64,000 bases of DNA from Lingula anatina (GCA_051362555.1 CM120647.1:12562651-12626650); one strand, 5' to 3'; shown: positions 37,721-50,794, numbered from the stretch's first letter. Numbers and translations: made by a program. Notes: generated by a model from the sequence alone, not told the origin.

Positions 37721-38559
37721 TGGATATGAATTGTGATGTTCAGATTTAATTAACTTGATTGGTTATTGATTAGATGATTTCATTCCCATCGAATTGTGAT
37801 CACTACCCCGCCACCCCCCCTCCTGCAATGGGACCATATTGTTGGCCGTTTGCATCCATCGCGAACCCCCTGCTCAGGACCGCTTTGCTAAAAACATTTT
37901 CCATGTCTCGATAACCTTCATGCATTTCAACAGATATCTCGTTTAGTGTATGGTAGCTGACGATTTTGCTGATAAGCATTGACCTATGTTCTGTGTTACG
38001 TTTAAGACTGCCTACCACTTTAGATACAGTTGCTTGCTGAAGTATCATGTAAACGAATACAGTCCCAGCTGTAACGGCGGTTAAGCACAATACATCCGAA
38101 ACGTGCACAAAATATATTTACAGGCCAATATGATAATATATCAAGAGAGATCAAGAGAAAGTAGAATTTGACCAAAGACGTTACGTATACATGAATTCTA
38201 GTCTGGGTTCATTTACACCCCTGTGTATACTATAGTCTGGAACCGTTTATTAGAAGTGTATAGTCTGGTCAAGGTCAAACAATTCCCATATTTACTCTGG
38301 GCAGGGGTTATCAAAATGTACGCCTTTAATGTATAATTGTAAGTGCAGTTCTTGACGTAGCAAAAAGTGTTAACAGGTGTGAAATGGGGCACGTTACCTA
38401 TCGCTTAAAACTCAGTCGATGAGTTAATTAGGATGGGTATTAGTTAATTATATCACTGGCACAAACTCATGGCGAACTACAGCCATCTTGGGATATGTAC
38501 TTTTTAAGGTTGATGAAAAATCGTTTATACACTTAATATATCAAATAAACGCTCATATA

Positions 38560-40220
38560 CAGACTTAACATTTAATATAGAATATTTCAGTTTCAAAGGT
38601 ATACCTTGGTAAAAATGCGTTCTTTTTTCATAAAACTCAGATCTCACATAAAATATCTGACTGGAGAAGTGTGAAGTCAGGTGTGTCGCTACCAATTAAC
38701 TGACTACCAAGTCTGGTGCACTGCTGCATTGTGTAATATGCAGTGTTTTAATTGGGTAGTGCCCCTTTGGGATAGCCAAAGCTTGGCTTTGGCGAAGCAT
38801 GGTGCTGTTAAAAAAGTATCCATATGTCGGTAACTACTGCATAGAAGAATTTGAAATGTTGCATGCAAGCGGTCAGTTTTGCAGTGCTTAAAATGAGTTA
38901 AACAATGTTTTACAAAATTGTTAATCTGTGACAGAATGGCACGAAAAAGACAGACATTGCCAGACAGATTATTGTGTCAAACGAAATGGTCAGCACAGTT
39001 TTATGGAGTTATACCCAGACTGATGTACCTACACAGAGACCACGGCCAATGTATCGCCGTCTTACCACCAGGGTACAGGACTCAGTGTCCTTCATGATAT
39101 GCTACTGCAACTAAATAAAATCCACCCAGTCCGTTCAGAATGAGGGGCAAATTGTGACCAAAACGCGTTTTTCAAGGCTCTTAGCGAATACCAAACTGGT
39201 TTTAGCAGGTTAGGATACCAAACGACCTCTGAGGAAGCCACTGTAAACAGTAAAAAAGTGTCGTTTGTTTCTCTAATGAATTGAGGACCATGACCGTTTC
39301 TGGGTAGAACAATGAAACCGCGTGGCTTTCTTTATTGAGGTCAGATTTCACCTGTACCGCTTAACTGGTCCAAACAGAGTTTACAGACATCCAGAAGAGG
39401 CCTACGACAAGTCGTGTGCCGCTTCTGAAGTGACTAGGGTCATTGACAGCGTCAGTATTTGGAGTGAATACCACATTGGTGCCAAAACAGCAATGGTAGT
39501 CATTGATAAAAACCTAAACCAGATGAAATAAAGGAATAATGTGGGAACCATTTGACTATCATTTGATAGGGGGCACCTTAGGAACAATTTTAGGTTGCAC
39601 GATGAGATTGCCCGTTCACACAGAGCACTTTTAATAGCAGATAACTTACAGAGCCTAGGAATTGAGCAGATACATTGGTCATCAAAATCGCCATATTTGA
39701 ACCACATAGACAATACGTGGGTAGGTATTACTCTCCGAATCAACGGCCTGCAAGTCCTACAACAAAACTGAACCAAACTGGACAAGTTTTGACCGTTGCC
39801 TGGTATTTTTTTTCCAGATTAAACTCTAAAAACCTGTCCTAAGGAATGCCTTGCCGCTTGAAAGCTCTGGTAGCAGCCAGATGAGGTCAGGTGTAACAGC
39901 CATCGTTGCTGTGACAAGACACTGACATGAGGGTCCTTTGTTGGGCGTATAACTCTTTTAAAGACGATAATTTGGAAAATATAGAGATCCAAAACATCGC
40001 CTTCAATGGTTGCCGTATGACCTAAAATAGGCAATGCATTTTTGTTTGCTTCACTGGCGAATTCAGTTGATGAACTGATGTCACAATGACATCAAAGAGA
40101 TAAATAAAAGTTATTAAAACGCCATTTTAATCCTTATTTTCATTTATAAGTCAGCAAAATAGGAAAAAACTGACGAAAAATAATTTGGAAAAAAATATTC
40201 CATATTAAATGTCAAGTCTG
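38560..40220 (+). mobile_element. Near full-length degenerate Tc1-family DNA transposon
   Basis: TA|CAGACTTAACATTTAATAT ... ATATTAAATGTCAAGTCTG|TA (TIRs and TA TSD). Decayed transposase motifs FFIEVRFHL..RVYR, KTAMVVIDKNLN, HDEIARSHRA and WSSKSPYLNHIDNTW (compare the Tc1 WPxxSPDLNPIE motif). Confidence 0.88.
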
Positions 40221-40559
40221 TATGTATTTAACAATGTGTTGAAGATATCTTAAATAGTTATAACATATATTTCATGATTACTTGTTAATTTGTTTTATTC
40301 CACTGCCCTGAACCAATACCTTTTCTACTTTTGGCTGAGGTGGACTCTATATGGGTACTTTTTCCACGGCTATTTTTGACAATCAGAACAGTTAACGGTG
40401 TTATTAAGTTTTGCTGTTCAGTTGCCTAATGTTTATAAATATACAACAATGAACGTTAAGGGTTGGATATTGCTAACAAATAATTTGGGCGGTGAAGGAG
40501 AACAGCGAAAAAAAGTCTGATTTCGAGAGAGACGATAACTTTAATCTTAAATAATAAGG

Positions 40560-41027
40560 TGTAGTTTTTACACATGCTGCTTTTTATAACCTAGATCCAC
40601 CATATATAATTGATCTAGTCAAACATTATAGCCCACAAAGATCCCTGAGGTCTGGTGACAAACTTTTACTGAAAGTTCCCAAATCAAAGTTAAAAACATA
40701 TGGTGACATATCATTTTGTGTAGCTGCACCAGTAGAGTGGAATAAGTTACCAATTTTTATTAGACGAATAGAATCACAAGAATCTTTTAAAAGGGAATTG
40801 GAAAACTCACATTTTTAAGACATTTTATTCATGAATTTTAAATTTTACACGAAGGAAACCTTGGTTTTTTTACTTTTAATTACTGTTTATTACAATTTAG
40901 TATAGCTCTGATTTATATAATATATATCTAAACCATTTTATCTATAAACTTCTTTGTTTTTTATGTGGTACAGTCTATTGAACATTTTATGGATTTTAGA
41001 CTCGAAATAAATATATTATTATTATTA
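40560..41027 (+). mobile_element. L2/CR1-type LINE 3' fragment
   Basis: RSLRSGDKLLLKVPKSKLKTYGDISFCVAAPVEWNKLP..FKREL; AATAAA plus (ATT)n tail at ~41005-41027. Confidence 0.8.
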
Positions 41028-42167
41028 TAGCATTTGAGACAAATTTTAATACTATTTCACGATTATATGCATGGGTTCCTTTCGGCAGGTAACATGTATG
41101 AATTATCATTTACCCTCTTATTGGATGTCTGAAAAAGGTCTTTGGCATGGGTTCCGAATATAAAATTTTAAAATAAAGAATTGAAAATTAATTTTAGAAA
41201 AAGGTCTGCTACTGTTTACTATCCAAAGTACCTTACCTGTGTAACTTCTCCTTGTTTCAGACCAAACACCTGTTATGAATCAACATCTTATCGATTTTTA
41301 CCAGTGACGTTCTAAATACAACCCTCAGTCAACGACACCTACCGGTGAAATTTGACAAGAAGCCCAATGGGAGAATCTCACCATCGTTCAACACATGTAC
41401 CAGTATGAAGCAAGGATGGTAAAAACCGCACTGGAAATAAAACTTACTTAATATGTTACAGTTTATGTCATTTTCTCGACAAGGATAGTGCATTTTGGGG
41501 ATTTGCAAATCATTTGTTCTAGAGTGGATAACTGCAGATTCGCCAGGACCCACACAGGACCCCCAAAAGGCGAATGATTATAAATGCCAGGAATATGGAA
41601 AAACACAGGAGTCATAAATATTTTGAAATATAATTTTAAAACAAATACAAAAGAAATGACACTGAGTGACTTAAAAAAGTTTTAAAATGTAGTATCCCAG
41701 GTTGTAGATTTAAAAAAATATGTTCACAAACATAATTTCTGATAAAATCTCAAATCCGGTTTAACGCTCTTCTGGGTCTTCCGGAAGACGGTCAGATTTT
41801 CAAGTTTACATTGACACAACGTCAAAGGTGAAACCAAACGGTATCTCAATGCAAAACCAAATGAAAATAAAACCATCCGAAGTCATCTTACTACGAACGT
41901 ACAGAGCAGGCCTATCAGTGAATACGATCCAACTTGTTTTGATTCTGTAGCTTTTCCGGTATTAAAGCACATCATACCACATGTTATCCATGTTCGGTAG
42001 AAAAATGACATCTCCTCGGAGGAAACATTTGCCAAATATGTTTTACTCAAAATGCCCATGGTTGCAATCGCACTTATATTGGTGCCACAGATCTTGAACT
42101 TAAATTGAGCTATAACTAACTCCGTATGGCTTGCATTTCATCAAAATGTGCTATCTTCTTGGTTTGA

Positions 42168-44230
42168 TTATCAGAGAGAAAACTTTTGATTTTTTACTAT
42201 AAGAGAAAATTTGCGTCACCGCTACTCTTTTTATCAGTTTTGTTTGTTTCTTTTTTTTAATGCCCTTCCTTTCCTATCTTGGGCCCTTGCTTCTCAAGAC
42301 TTTTCATATGTTCATACAGTACCCGGGGCAAGTCAGCAGTCGACATTTGAAAGAGTAAAGACTACTCAATACTAAAACTGCCGAGGTGTGAACAGCTGTG
42401 GACGTCATCATGCTCCTCAACGTCAAAAGTGAAACCAAACGTTATCTCAATGCAAAACCAAATGAAAATGAAAGCATTCAAAGTCATCTAACTAATCTCA
42501 ATCTGAATATAAAACAAACTCCGAGCTCCGAGTCGGGTTGTCAAAAACGACTTCGTGTACGTCATGAACTTTACCGTTCATGTCAGGGGCTGGGGTTCCG
42601 TGGGCTGAAATGCGGCACCCGGATTATCGATTGCGACAGCAGGTCTACACATGTACACCCAATCTGGCGCTCTCCGTGAGGAGGTTGAAAGTTTCCATCT
42701 GATCAATTCGTACCAACGGAGCTGTCGCGGCTGCGTGGTAACGCTGCTGACTTGCATACAGGCGGACTCTTCTTCCCTGGTTTGTATCACAGCTTGGTGG
42801 GATTATCAGACAGAAAACTTTTGATTTTTTACAAAATTCGCGTCACCTCTACTCTTTTTATCAGGCACACGTTTTGTTTGTTTCTCTTTTTTTTAATGCC
42901 CTTCCTTTCCTATGTTGGACCCTTGCTTCTCAAGATGTTCATATGTTCATACAGTACCCGGGGCAAGTCAGCAGTCGACATTTGAAAGAGTAAAGACTAC
43001 TCAATACTAAAACTGCCGAGGTGTGAACAGCTGTGGACGTCATCATGCTCCACAACGTCAAAAGTGAAACCAAACGTTATCTCAATGCAAAACCAAATGA
43101 AAATGAAAGCATTCAAAGTCATCTAACTAATCTCAATCTGAATATAAAACAAACTCCGAGCTCCGAGTCGGGTTGTCAAAAACGACTTCGTGTACGTCAT
43201 AAACTTTACCGTTCATGTCAGGGGCTGGGGTTCCGTGGGCTGAAATGCGGCACCCGGATTATCGATTGCGACAGCAGGTCTACACATGTACACCCAATCT
43301 GGCGCTCTCCGTGAGGAGGTTGAAAGTTTCCATCTGATCAATTCGTACCAACGGAGCTGTCGCGGCTGCGTGGTAACGCTGCTGACTTGCATACAGGCGG
43401 ACTCTTCTTCCCTGGTTTGTATCACAGCTTGGTGGGATTATCAGACAGAAAACTTTTGATTTTTTACAAAATTCGCGTCACCTCTACTCTTTTTATCAGG
43501 CACACGTTTTGTTTGTTTCTCTTTTTTTTAATGCCCTTCCTTTCCTATGTTGGACCCTTGCTTCTCAAGATGTTCATATGTTCATACAGTACCCGGGGCA
43601 AGTCAGCAGTCGACATTTGAAAGAGTAAAGACTACTCAATACTAAAACTGCCGAGGTGTGAACAGCTGTGGACGTCATCATGCTCCACAACGTCAAAAGT
43701 GAAACCAAACGTTATCTCAATGCAAAACCAAATGAAAATGAAAGCATTCAAAGTCATCTAACTAATCTCAATCTGAATATAAAACAAACTCCGAGCTCCG
43801 AGTCGGGTTGTCAAAAACGACTTCGTGTACGTCATGAACTTTACCGTTCATGTCAGGGGCTGGGGTTCCGTGGGCTGAAATGCGGCACCCGGATTATCGA
43901 TTGCGACAGCAGGTCTACACATGTACACCCAATCTGGCGCTCTCCGTGAGGAGGTTGAAAGTTTCCATCTGATCAATTCGTACCAACGGAGCTGTCGCGG
44001 CTGCGTGGTAACGCTGCTGACTTGCATACAGGCGGACTCTTCTTCCCTGGTTTGTATCACAGCTTGGTGGGATTATCAGACAGAAAACTTTTGATTTTTT
44101 ACAAAATTCGCGTCACCTCTACTCTTTTTATCAGGCACACGTTTTGTTTGTTTCTCTTTTTTTTAATGCCCTTCCTTTCCTATCTTGGGCCCTTGCTTCT
44201 CAAGACTGTTCATATGTCCATATAGTACCC
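42168..44230. repeat. 635-bp tandem repeat, ~3.2 nearly identical copies, bracketed by ~230-bp direct repeats (~41845-42072 and ~44230-44463); probably Helitron-related
   Basis: ORF track repeats at 42398/43033/43668. The flanks translate RPISEYNPTCFDSVAFPVL, resembling the motif preceding Helitron Rep domains (inference). Confidence 0.9.
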
Positions 44231-44531
44231 GTTATCTCAATGCAAAACCAAATGAAAATAAAAGCATCCAAAGCCATCTTACTAGGACTGAACAGAGCAG
44301 GCCTATCAGTGAATACAATCCAACTTGTTTTGATTCTGTAGCTTTTCCGGTATTAAAGCGCGTCATACCACCTGTTAACCATGTTCGGTAGAAAAACGAT
44401 ATCTCTTCGGCGGAATTATTTGCCAAATATGTTTTACTCAAAATTTCCATGGCTGCAATCACACCAGTAATAAACACTTGAATTGTTTTTTCTCTTCTCT
44501 TATGGTCTGGCTAAAAGTAAAACCCGCCTGT

Positions 44532-46254
44532 TAGTAGGCTTGTTAAGAGGTCAAACGCTGCATTTTATAGTACAAATGTCTAACTTGGCATAAATGTTCC
44601 TTGGGCCAAAAGAAAATTTTTTATCCAAAGAGACGCCCTCTATCGATACATTAGTTAGTATAAATTATGCAAATTATGTGCCAAAATATATAATATTTCA
44701 TATTTCCATTAATTTTTTGGCCTAGAAACATGTATAGATTATCAAACCTGACTAAATTAGTGACAAGGAACCCATTTTTGATCAATTGGAAGCAATTGGT
44801 GGCCATTTTGTGCCTCAAATCCAAGATGGTCGCCATCCGCCATTTTGAAAGTGGACATAATTTTGCTATTTTATGTTGAATTTTGAAGCGTTTGGTCTAA
44901 CTATACTTGATATATATATATCGATTCTTACTATTTTGGGGGTGCAAAAGTCATTTTTGATATTGTTATGGTTATAGTAGGTGATTTGAAGGAACAAAGA
45001 GGGTGTTTTAAGTGCCTACCAAGATATGTGTGAACGCTGCAAAACCATGGATATTGATAACCCGCATTCAAATATATCTCAATGCAATTTTTTGTTATAT
45101 ACCATCGCTATTGGACTATATTATGAGCAAAAAAACACATTTTTACCATTATGGAGGCCATTGGTGGCCGTTTTATCCCTCAAATCCAAGATGGCCGCCA
45201 AAAACCATTTTGAAATTGGGCATAATTCGCTATTTTGAAACTATATGTATTACATCTTTGTAAATGAGTAATACGTCGTTTTATATTATATTCTGGTGCA
45301 GAATTCATTATTTGTTTCATAAAATTTGTGCCTTAAATCCAAGATGACCCTAATACGCCATTTTCAAATTGAGCATTATTCACCATTTTGAAATTATCAC
45401 ACCTTCATAAGCGTGCCATACGTCATTTTTAATGATTATTTCCTGGTGCAGAATGTATTTCGGTTTCATAAAATGTAAATAGAAACTTTTATAAGCCTCC
45501 AAATAAATATAGGATTCAGTCGCCACATGGGCCTGCAGTTTATATGTACAATTAGTAATCCAATTAGTGCAAAACTGCTTTTGCCCGATCTATAAAACAA
45601 GTGTCAGCAAACAAAATGGCTGCATTAAGGCAAATAATACATCTTTGACCGTAGAGGATAATTGTTAGCCATTTTTTTGATCAAAACCAAGTGTTGGTTG
45701 CATGCCGCTATTTTAATAATTTGGTGTAATTTATAACCTTTGAACTGTGAGCTTGTATTAGGTAAAATGGTACTATTCTGGGGGTTCAAAAGTAATTTTC
45801 CGGTGCTAATTTGATGACAGAAGATAATAAAAAGGTACCGTAATATAAGGTTGTAAAATAAATTCCAAGATGAGTTTCGTTGTGTCTGTAACAAAAATGT
45901 GGAACCCGAACCACATGCTCAAATATATCATTTAGATTTATCTTAAGTGACCATCCACTAAAAGATACTGAATAATTTAAAGGTAAGCAATAAATATATA
46001 TACATAGTGGTATTATATTATTAATATTTTACTGGTCAATGTGAACCAAAAAGCCACATGTACATTATGTCCCAGTCACTGGGGCTTGCATTTGCATGTT
46101 AAATATAGTCCAGAAGATTTGAAGGGTGAAAAATGTGTCGTCTTATAATACTATGGAACTTAGTTGTATTGATGCGAAAATGCCCGTGAAAGACAAGCAA
46201 ATGGACTTTGCTTTGAAATAGTTCCAGATCTTGTCTGCAAAATCATCCAGCAGC

Positions 46255-46305
<51 letters not shown>

Positions 46306-48278
46306 ATGCATGATCAGCTCTGGTAGGCCAATAAGACAACAGCCAGTAGGAATTGAGGTTTTGTCAGTGTCCTATGAGAAACAGCCAAACAATACATTAA
46401 AATCCAGTTTCCAGAGAAACATCAATGCATGAGAACATGTCGCATCAGAGGAAAGTGGTATCTTTACACAAAAGAAGGAATCTGCAAAACCAACTAGAAA
46501 GCAGCAGCTGCGCAGGTAGGCAAAAGGGACAAAGCAAAAAAGTCGAGGAAGCAGCTTTTTTTCCTAGTTGACAGTGCCAGTGATCATTCCTAGCATGATT
46601 TGGCCAGACAAGTCATCTCACTACCAATAGAAATCCATAAGGCATCTACATAGTTCTCATTGTTTCCAATGGACGAACAAGCACAAAACATCTACAGTAT
46701 ATGACAACTACAAGAAAATTCATCTTGCAATCATCTTAAAACACCTTATGCCTTTGTTATTATCCTCTGTCACCAGAATAACACTGGAAATTAATTACGT
46801 ACTTCCAAAATAGTAACAATTGATGTATTACGATCATATATGAAAGTCCAACAGCTCAAAAAGGTAAATTATGCCATAATTTTAAAATGGTGACAGGCTC
46901 TTGGATATGAACAACAGAATAGCTAACAGTAGTCACCATAAAGTCGAATCAGCCATGCTGGTCTCTTGCACTTAATCTATGTCTGGCAAAACCATTTTAT
47001 AATTGTTATATAACATATTTTTGCACAAATTTGACTTCAAGACGTATACAAGGTGAAGACGTAAGCCTGTATTGGTGTTGGAGCCTTGTAATATTTTCTT
47101 TTTGAATTATATCTCAGAAGAGATAAGACACGACTTCTACAACCCAAATGATTAGAAACGATGTATAACATGCTAGTGTAAGAGCAATAGCTTCAAATTG
47201 ATGAGTTATGCCTTACCCGTATTTCAAAATTGTGACTGGCGGCCATCTTGGATTTGAGGATCAAAATGGCTACCAATTCTCTTCAAAGCACCAGGTATAT
47301 GTTCTTTACCTTTAATTAAGCCATTTTGATCTCTGACGCTTGTTTCAAGCTCTTTAGGATTTAATAAAACATTTTGTACTAATTAGACTACTGTACATGG
47401 CACATGTAAGTCTATTTGACAACTTAAGCCTACATGCATATTGATTTTGGAGGCTAAAATAGTTTGTACTCACATTTCATGAAACAGATAATGTATTCTG
47501 CACCAGAAAATAATATAAAACGACGTATTACTCATTTACAAAGATGTAATACATATAGTTTCAAAATAGCGAATTATGCCCAATTTCAAAATGGTTTTTG
47601 GTGGCCATCTTGGATTTGAGGGATAAAACGGCCACCAATGGCCTCCATAATGGTAAAATGTGTTGTTTTTTTGCTCATAATATAGTCCAATAGCGATGGT
47701 ATATAACGAAAAATTGCATTGAGATATATTTGAATACGGGTTATCAATATCCATGGTTTTGCAGCGTTCACACATATCTTGGTAGGCACTTAAAACACCC
47801 TCTTTGTTCCTTCAAATCACCTACTATCATCATAACAATATCAAAAATGACTTTTGCACCCCCAAAATAGTAAGAATCGATATATATATATCAAGTATAG
47901 TTAGACCAAACGCTTCAAAATTCAACATAAAATAGCAAAATTATGTCTACTTTCAAAATGGCGGGTGGCGGCCATCTTGGATTTGAGGTACAAAATAGCC
48001 ACCAATTGCTTCCAAATGATCAAAAATGGGTTCCTTGTCCCTAATTTAGTCAGGTTTGATAATCTATACATGTTTCTAGGTCAAAAATTAATGGAAATAT
48101 ATAATATTATATATTTTGGCACATAATTTGCATAATTTATGCTAACTAATGTATCGATAGAGGGCGTCTCTTTGGATAAAAAATTTTCTTTTGGCCCAAG
48201 GAACATTTATGCCAAGTTAGACATTTGCACTACAAAATGCAGCGTTTGGCCATTTTTTGGTCCTTAACAAGCCTACTA
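44532..48278. mobile_element. 3.75-kb non-autonomous DNA transposon with ~0.8-kb TIRs, Academ-like
   Basis: TGT|TAGTAGGCTTGTTAAG ... CTTAACAAGCCTACTA|TGT (5'-TAG termini, 3-bp TSD). Arms ~44532-45330 and ~47470-48278; no long ORF. Confidence 0.9.
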
Positions 48279-49375
48279 TGTTGTGAACCGCCTCTGATCC
48301 CATTGTAGTAGTATCGAAGTAGCAAAAAAGCATTAACGCAGTAGTGGTGTGGAGCATATTTGCAGTAGAAATGCAGCATAGCCTACTGCAATTCTACTCC
48401 AAAAAGTACATAGGTTTGTACAGGGAGGAGAATTAATGCAGTAGATTAGCAGCATGATAGAAGCATGTTTCAAATATGCTAATGAGCTCCCAAATCGAAG
48501 CAGATTTGAAGCATGTTTGCAGTATGATTGCAGTAGTCTACTGCGCTGGAGTATCTACTGCGTTTTCTTGCGGGTATATACTGTTTAATATCATGGGTCA
48601 AGCCAAAATCAATCTTAGTATAAAACAAACTCCGAGCTCCGAGTCGGGTTGTCAAACACGAACAGAATGTCACAAGTATGCCAACTTGACCCACTCCGGG
48701 CCAGGTCCGCACACATACTAAGATCCAAAAGAAAATTATACAGCACTCTCATCAATGTCTATGCATTTTACTCGATAAAGCAACTTTGCAGTCGACATTT
48801 AACCTCACTTTACTGTTGCTCATCTCTGACTTCTTCCTAAAATGAGAATGAGCTGAACAACAACACCTACAGGTACAAAAAAACAGATCAAATTACCGGC
48901 CTTAATGTGTACTTTTTATCGACAGTACGTACGCGAACCGTGAGTCTCTGCATTGCATTTTGTGCTAAGTAAGTGGAGAACAAAGGGTCTTATTTCGAGC
49001 CCAACCTTCAATTAAAAGCTAACTAACTTAAATGAAGCGTAGAAAATCATTTCATTTGTGTAAAAAGTTCCTTACATAGGATTTGGTGATTTTTTTTCAT
49101 ATTCTTATCTCAACCTGTACACCCCTTACACATGTACGTAAACACGTGAATCCGATACAGCACATGCGATTAGTGTTTGAATAATGTTCTACAAAATACT
49201 CTTTGTCAACAAGAAATAATCATGTAATACCAGTATAGCATTGTCTCTGTAGCGCAAGACGTTAGATCATAGTTAATCATAATTTTATGAAAAGAAAACA
49301 TTTATTCAAATGATCGAATGCAGATAGACGTTTGAAGATAAGTTGGATGGAAAGATTCTGTAAGGCCTTTTGATT

Positions 49376-50626
49376 TCATTGTCCAATTAATAGTGAAAAT
49401 TTATTCGGTCCTGAGCAGTACAATGTATCGGGTGTAAATGGCTGCTGGAGACGGTTTTCTAGTCCAAGGATTTTCTGTATTTCTGGTTTTTGCAACCACA
49501 TTAATTTCTTTCTAATCATGGGGTGGGTATGGTCCCAGTGTTGAAGGATGAAATCCGGTGTCACAAGATACGATTGGTTGCCTTTCAGTTTCGGCTTCCC
49601 TGGAATCTTTATGTAAGGACCTGGCTGTAGAGTACCTGGACTTTGGCGCGAAGACGTTCCTTTTAATACAGCTTCAATTAATGGGTTGGCTTTGGGAGGG
49701 TTAGTTTTTGTTTTCGTCAGTAAAGCAGACGAGATGTAGTGTCGAGGCATTTCGTAATCATAATTTTGCTTGTACCTGTCCTTTGAGATAATTCTATTTG
49801 AAATACTATTAGCAACATACAACGAGTTGCACTGAATGCGATAACTATGATACAGCATCGAAATCAGCTGACGAGTTATCCAGGCGCCACTGAACCACGA
49901 TTCACAGTCTAGTTGCAAATCGTAAGGTACCAGAAATGACAGTGTATCCTTGTGGAAAGCATTCAAACACTCATCAAAATCCCAGTTCAAGTTCACGGGC
50001 TCTTTTGTATTGACAAACTGTCTACTCATATCTTGGTAACGTACGTGCCCCACAGCAGGTTGGTAATACATAAGAAACTCCTCGAACCGCTGAAAAGGGT
50101 CCGAGGCCATCTTGGGCCAAGGTTTCCAATTGACCTGTCCATCCGACTTAACTGAAAGCTCCAGGTCGTCGTCCATGAATATATAATAAAGATAACCGCT
50201 GTCTTTCATTTGGGACGCTAAGTTCACCGCGTGCTGCAGAAGCACATTTCTTCCAGAAGCAGCGGAGGTGTCTGGGGCGTAAATGTCACCTGACCTATCT
50301 GCAAATGTCAGCCAAATGACGTCACGTTCGTTTGTTTCTTGTAAACCTTTGATGTCCCCCTTTGAAGGGCTTTCAATGAGATACACAAATCGCTTCCCAG
50401 TCGTCTGGCTGTAATTTCTCGGTCGTACAACTGCATACCTTATTTCAAATATAAAACTTAGGGACTCAGGTAAGCCTACCCAAGCATTTGGTCTTTTCTT
50501 GTTTTGTGAATTTGTGTCCCCGTTGTCTCTGTACTTCACCACATTGCTTTGACTCACCCATGAAATAAGAAACACTGAGGCAAGTATGATAGTCGAAAGA
50601 AACATGAATCTCTGAGATATCCGCAT
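49376..50626 (-). CDS. Uncharacterised GT-A-like type II membrane protein, paralogue 3; 416 aa
   Basis: Same family and intact; splice acceptor at ~50681; AATAAA at 49301-49306. Confidence 0.85.
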   Translation of the reverse strand: MRISQRFMFLSTIILASVFLISWVSQSNVVKYRDNGDTNSQNKKRPNAWVGLPESLSFIFEIRYAVVRPRNYSQTTGKRFVYLIESPSKGDIKGLQETNERDVIWLTFADRSGDIYAPDTSAASGRNVLLQHAVNLASQMKDSGYLYYIFMDDDLELSVKSDGQVNWKPWPKMASDPFQRFEEFLMYYQPAVGHVRYQDMSRQFVNTKEPVNLNWDFDECLNAFHKDTLSFLVPYDLQLDCESWFSGAWITRQLISMLYHSYRIQCNSLYVANSISNRIISKDRYKQNYDYEMPRHYISSALLTKTKTNPPKANPLIEAVLKGTSSRQSPGTLQPGPYIKIPGKPKLKGNQSYLVTPDFILQHWDHTHPMIRKKLMWLQKPEIQKILGLENRLQQPFTPDTLYCSGPNKFSLLIGQ

Positions 50627-50693
50627 TGTCCTCGGTAGCCGTTCCAGTATGTTGGATCATTCATGTACGAATTCACACATCTGAAATCTAAAA

Positions 50694-50701
<8 letters not shown>

Positions 50702-50783
<82 letters not shown>

Positions 50784-50794
50784 TGTATATATAA

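Noticed and set aside
42398-44060. Repeated 70-93-aa ORFs as a tandem gene family
   Set aside because: They arise from the 635-bp repeat, mostly have non-ATG starts and show no recognisable domain or splice structure.
45012-47789. Mirror-image ORFs (MPTKICVNAAK.., MCERCKTMD..)
   Set aside because: By-products of the long TIRs, broken differently in each arm.
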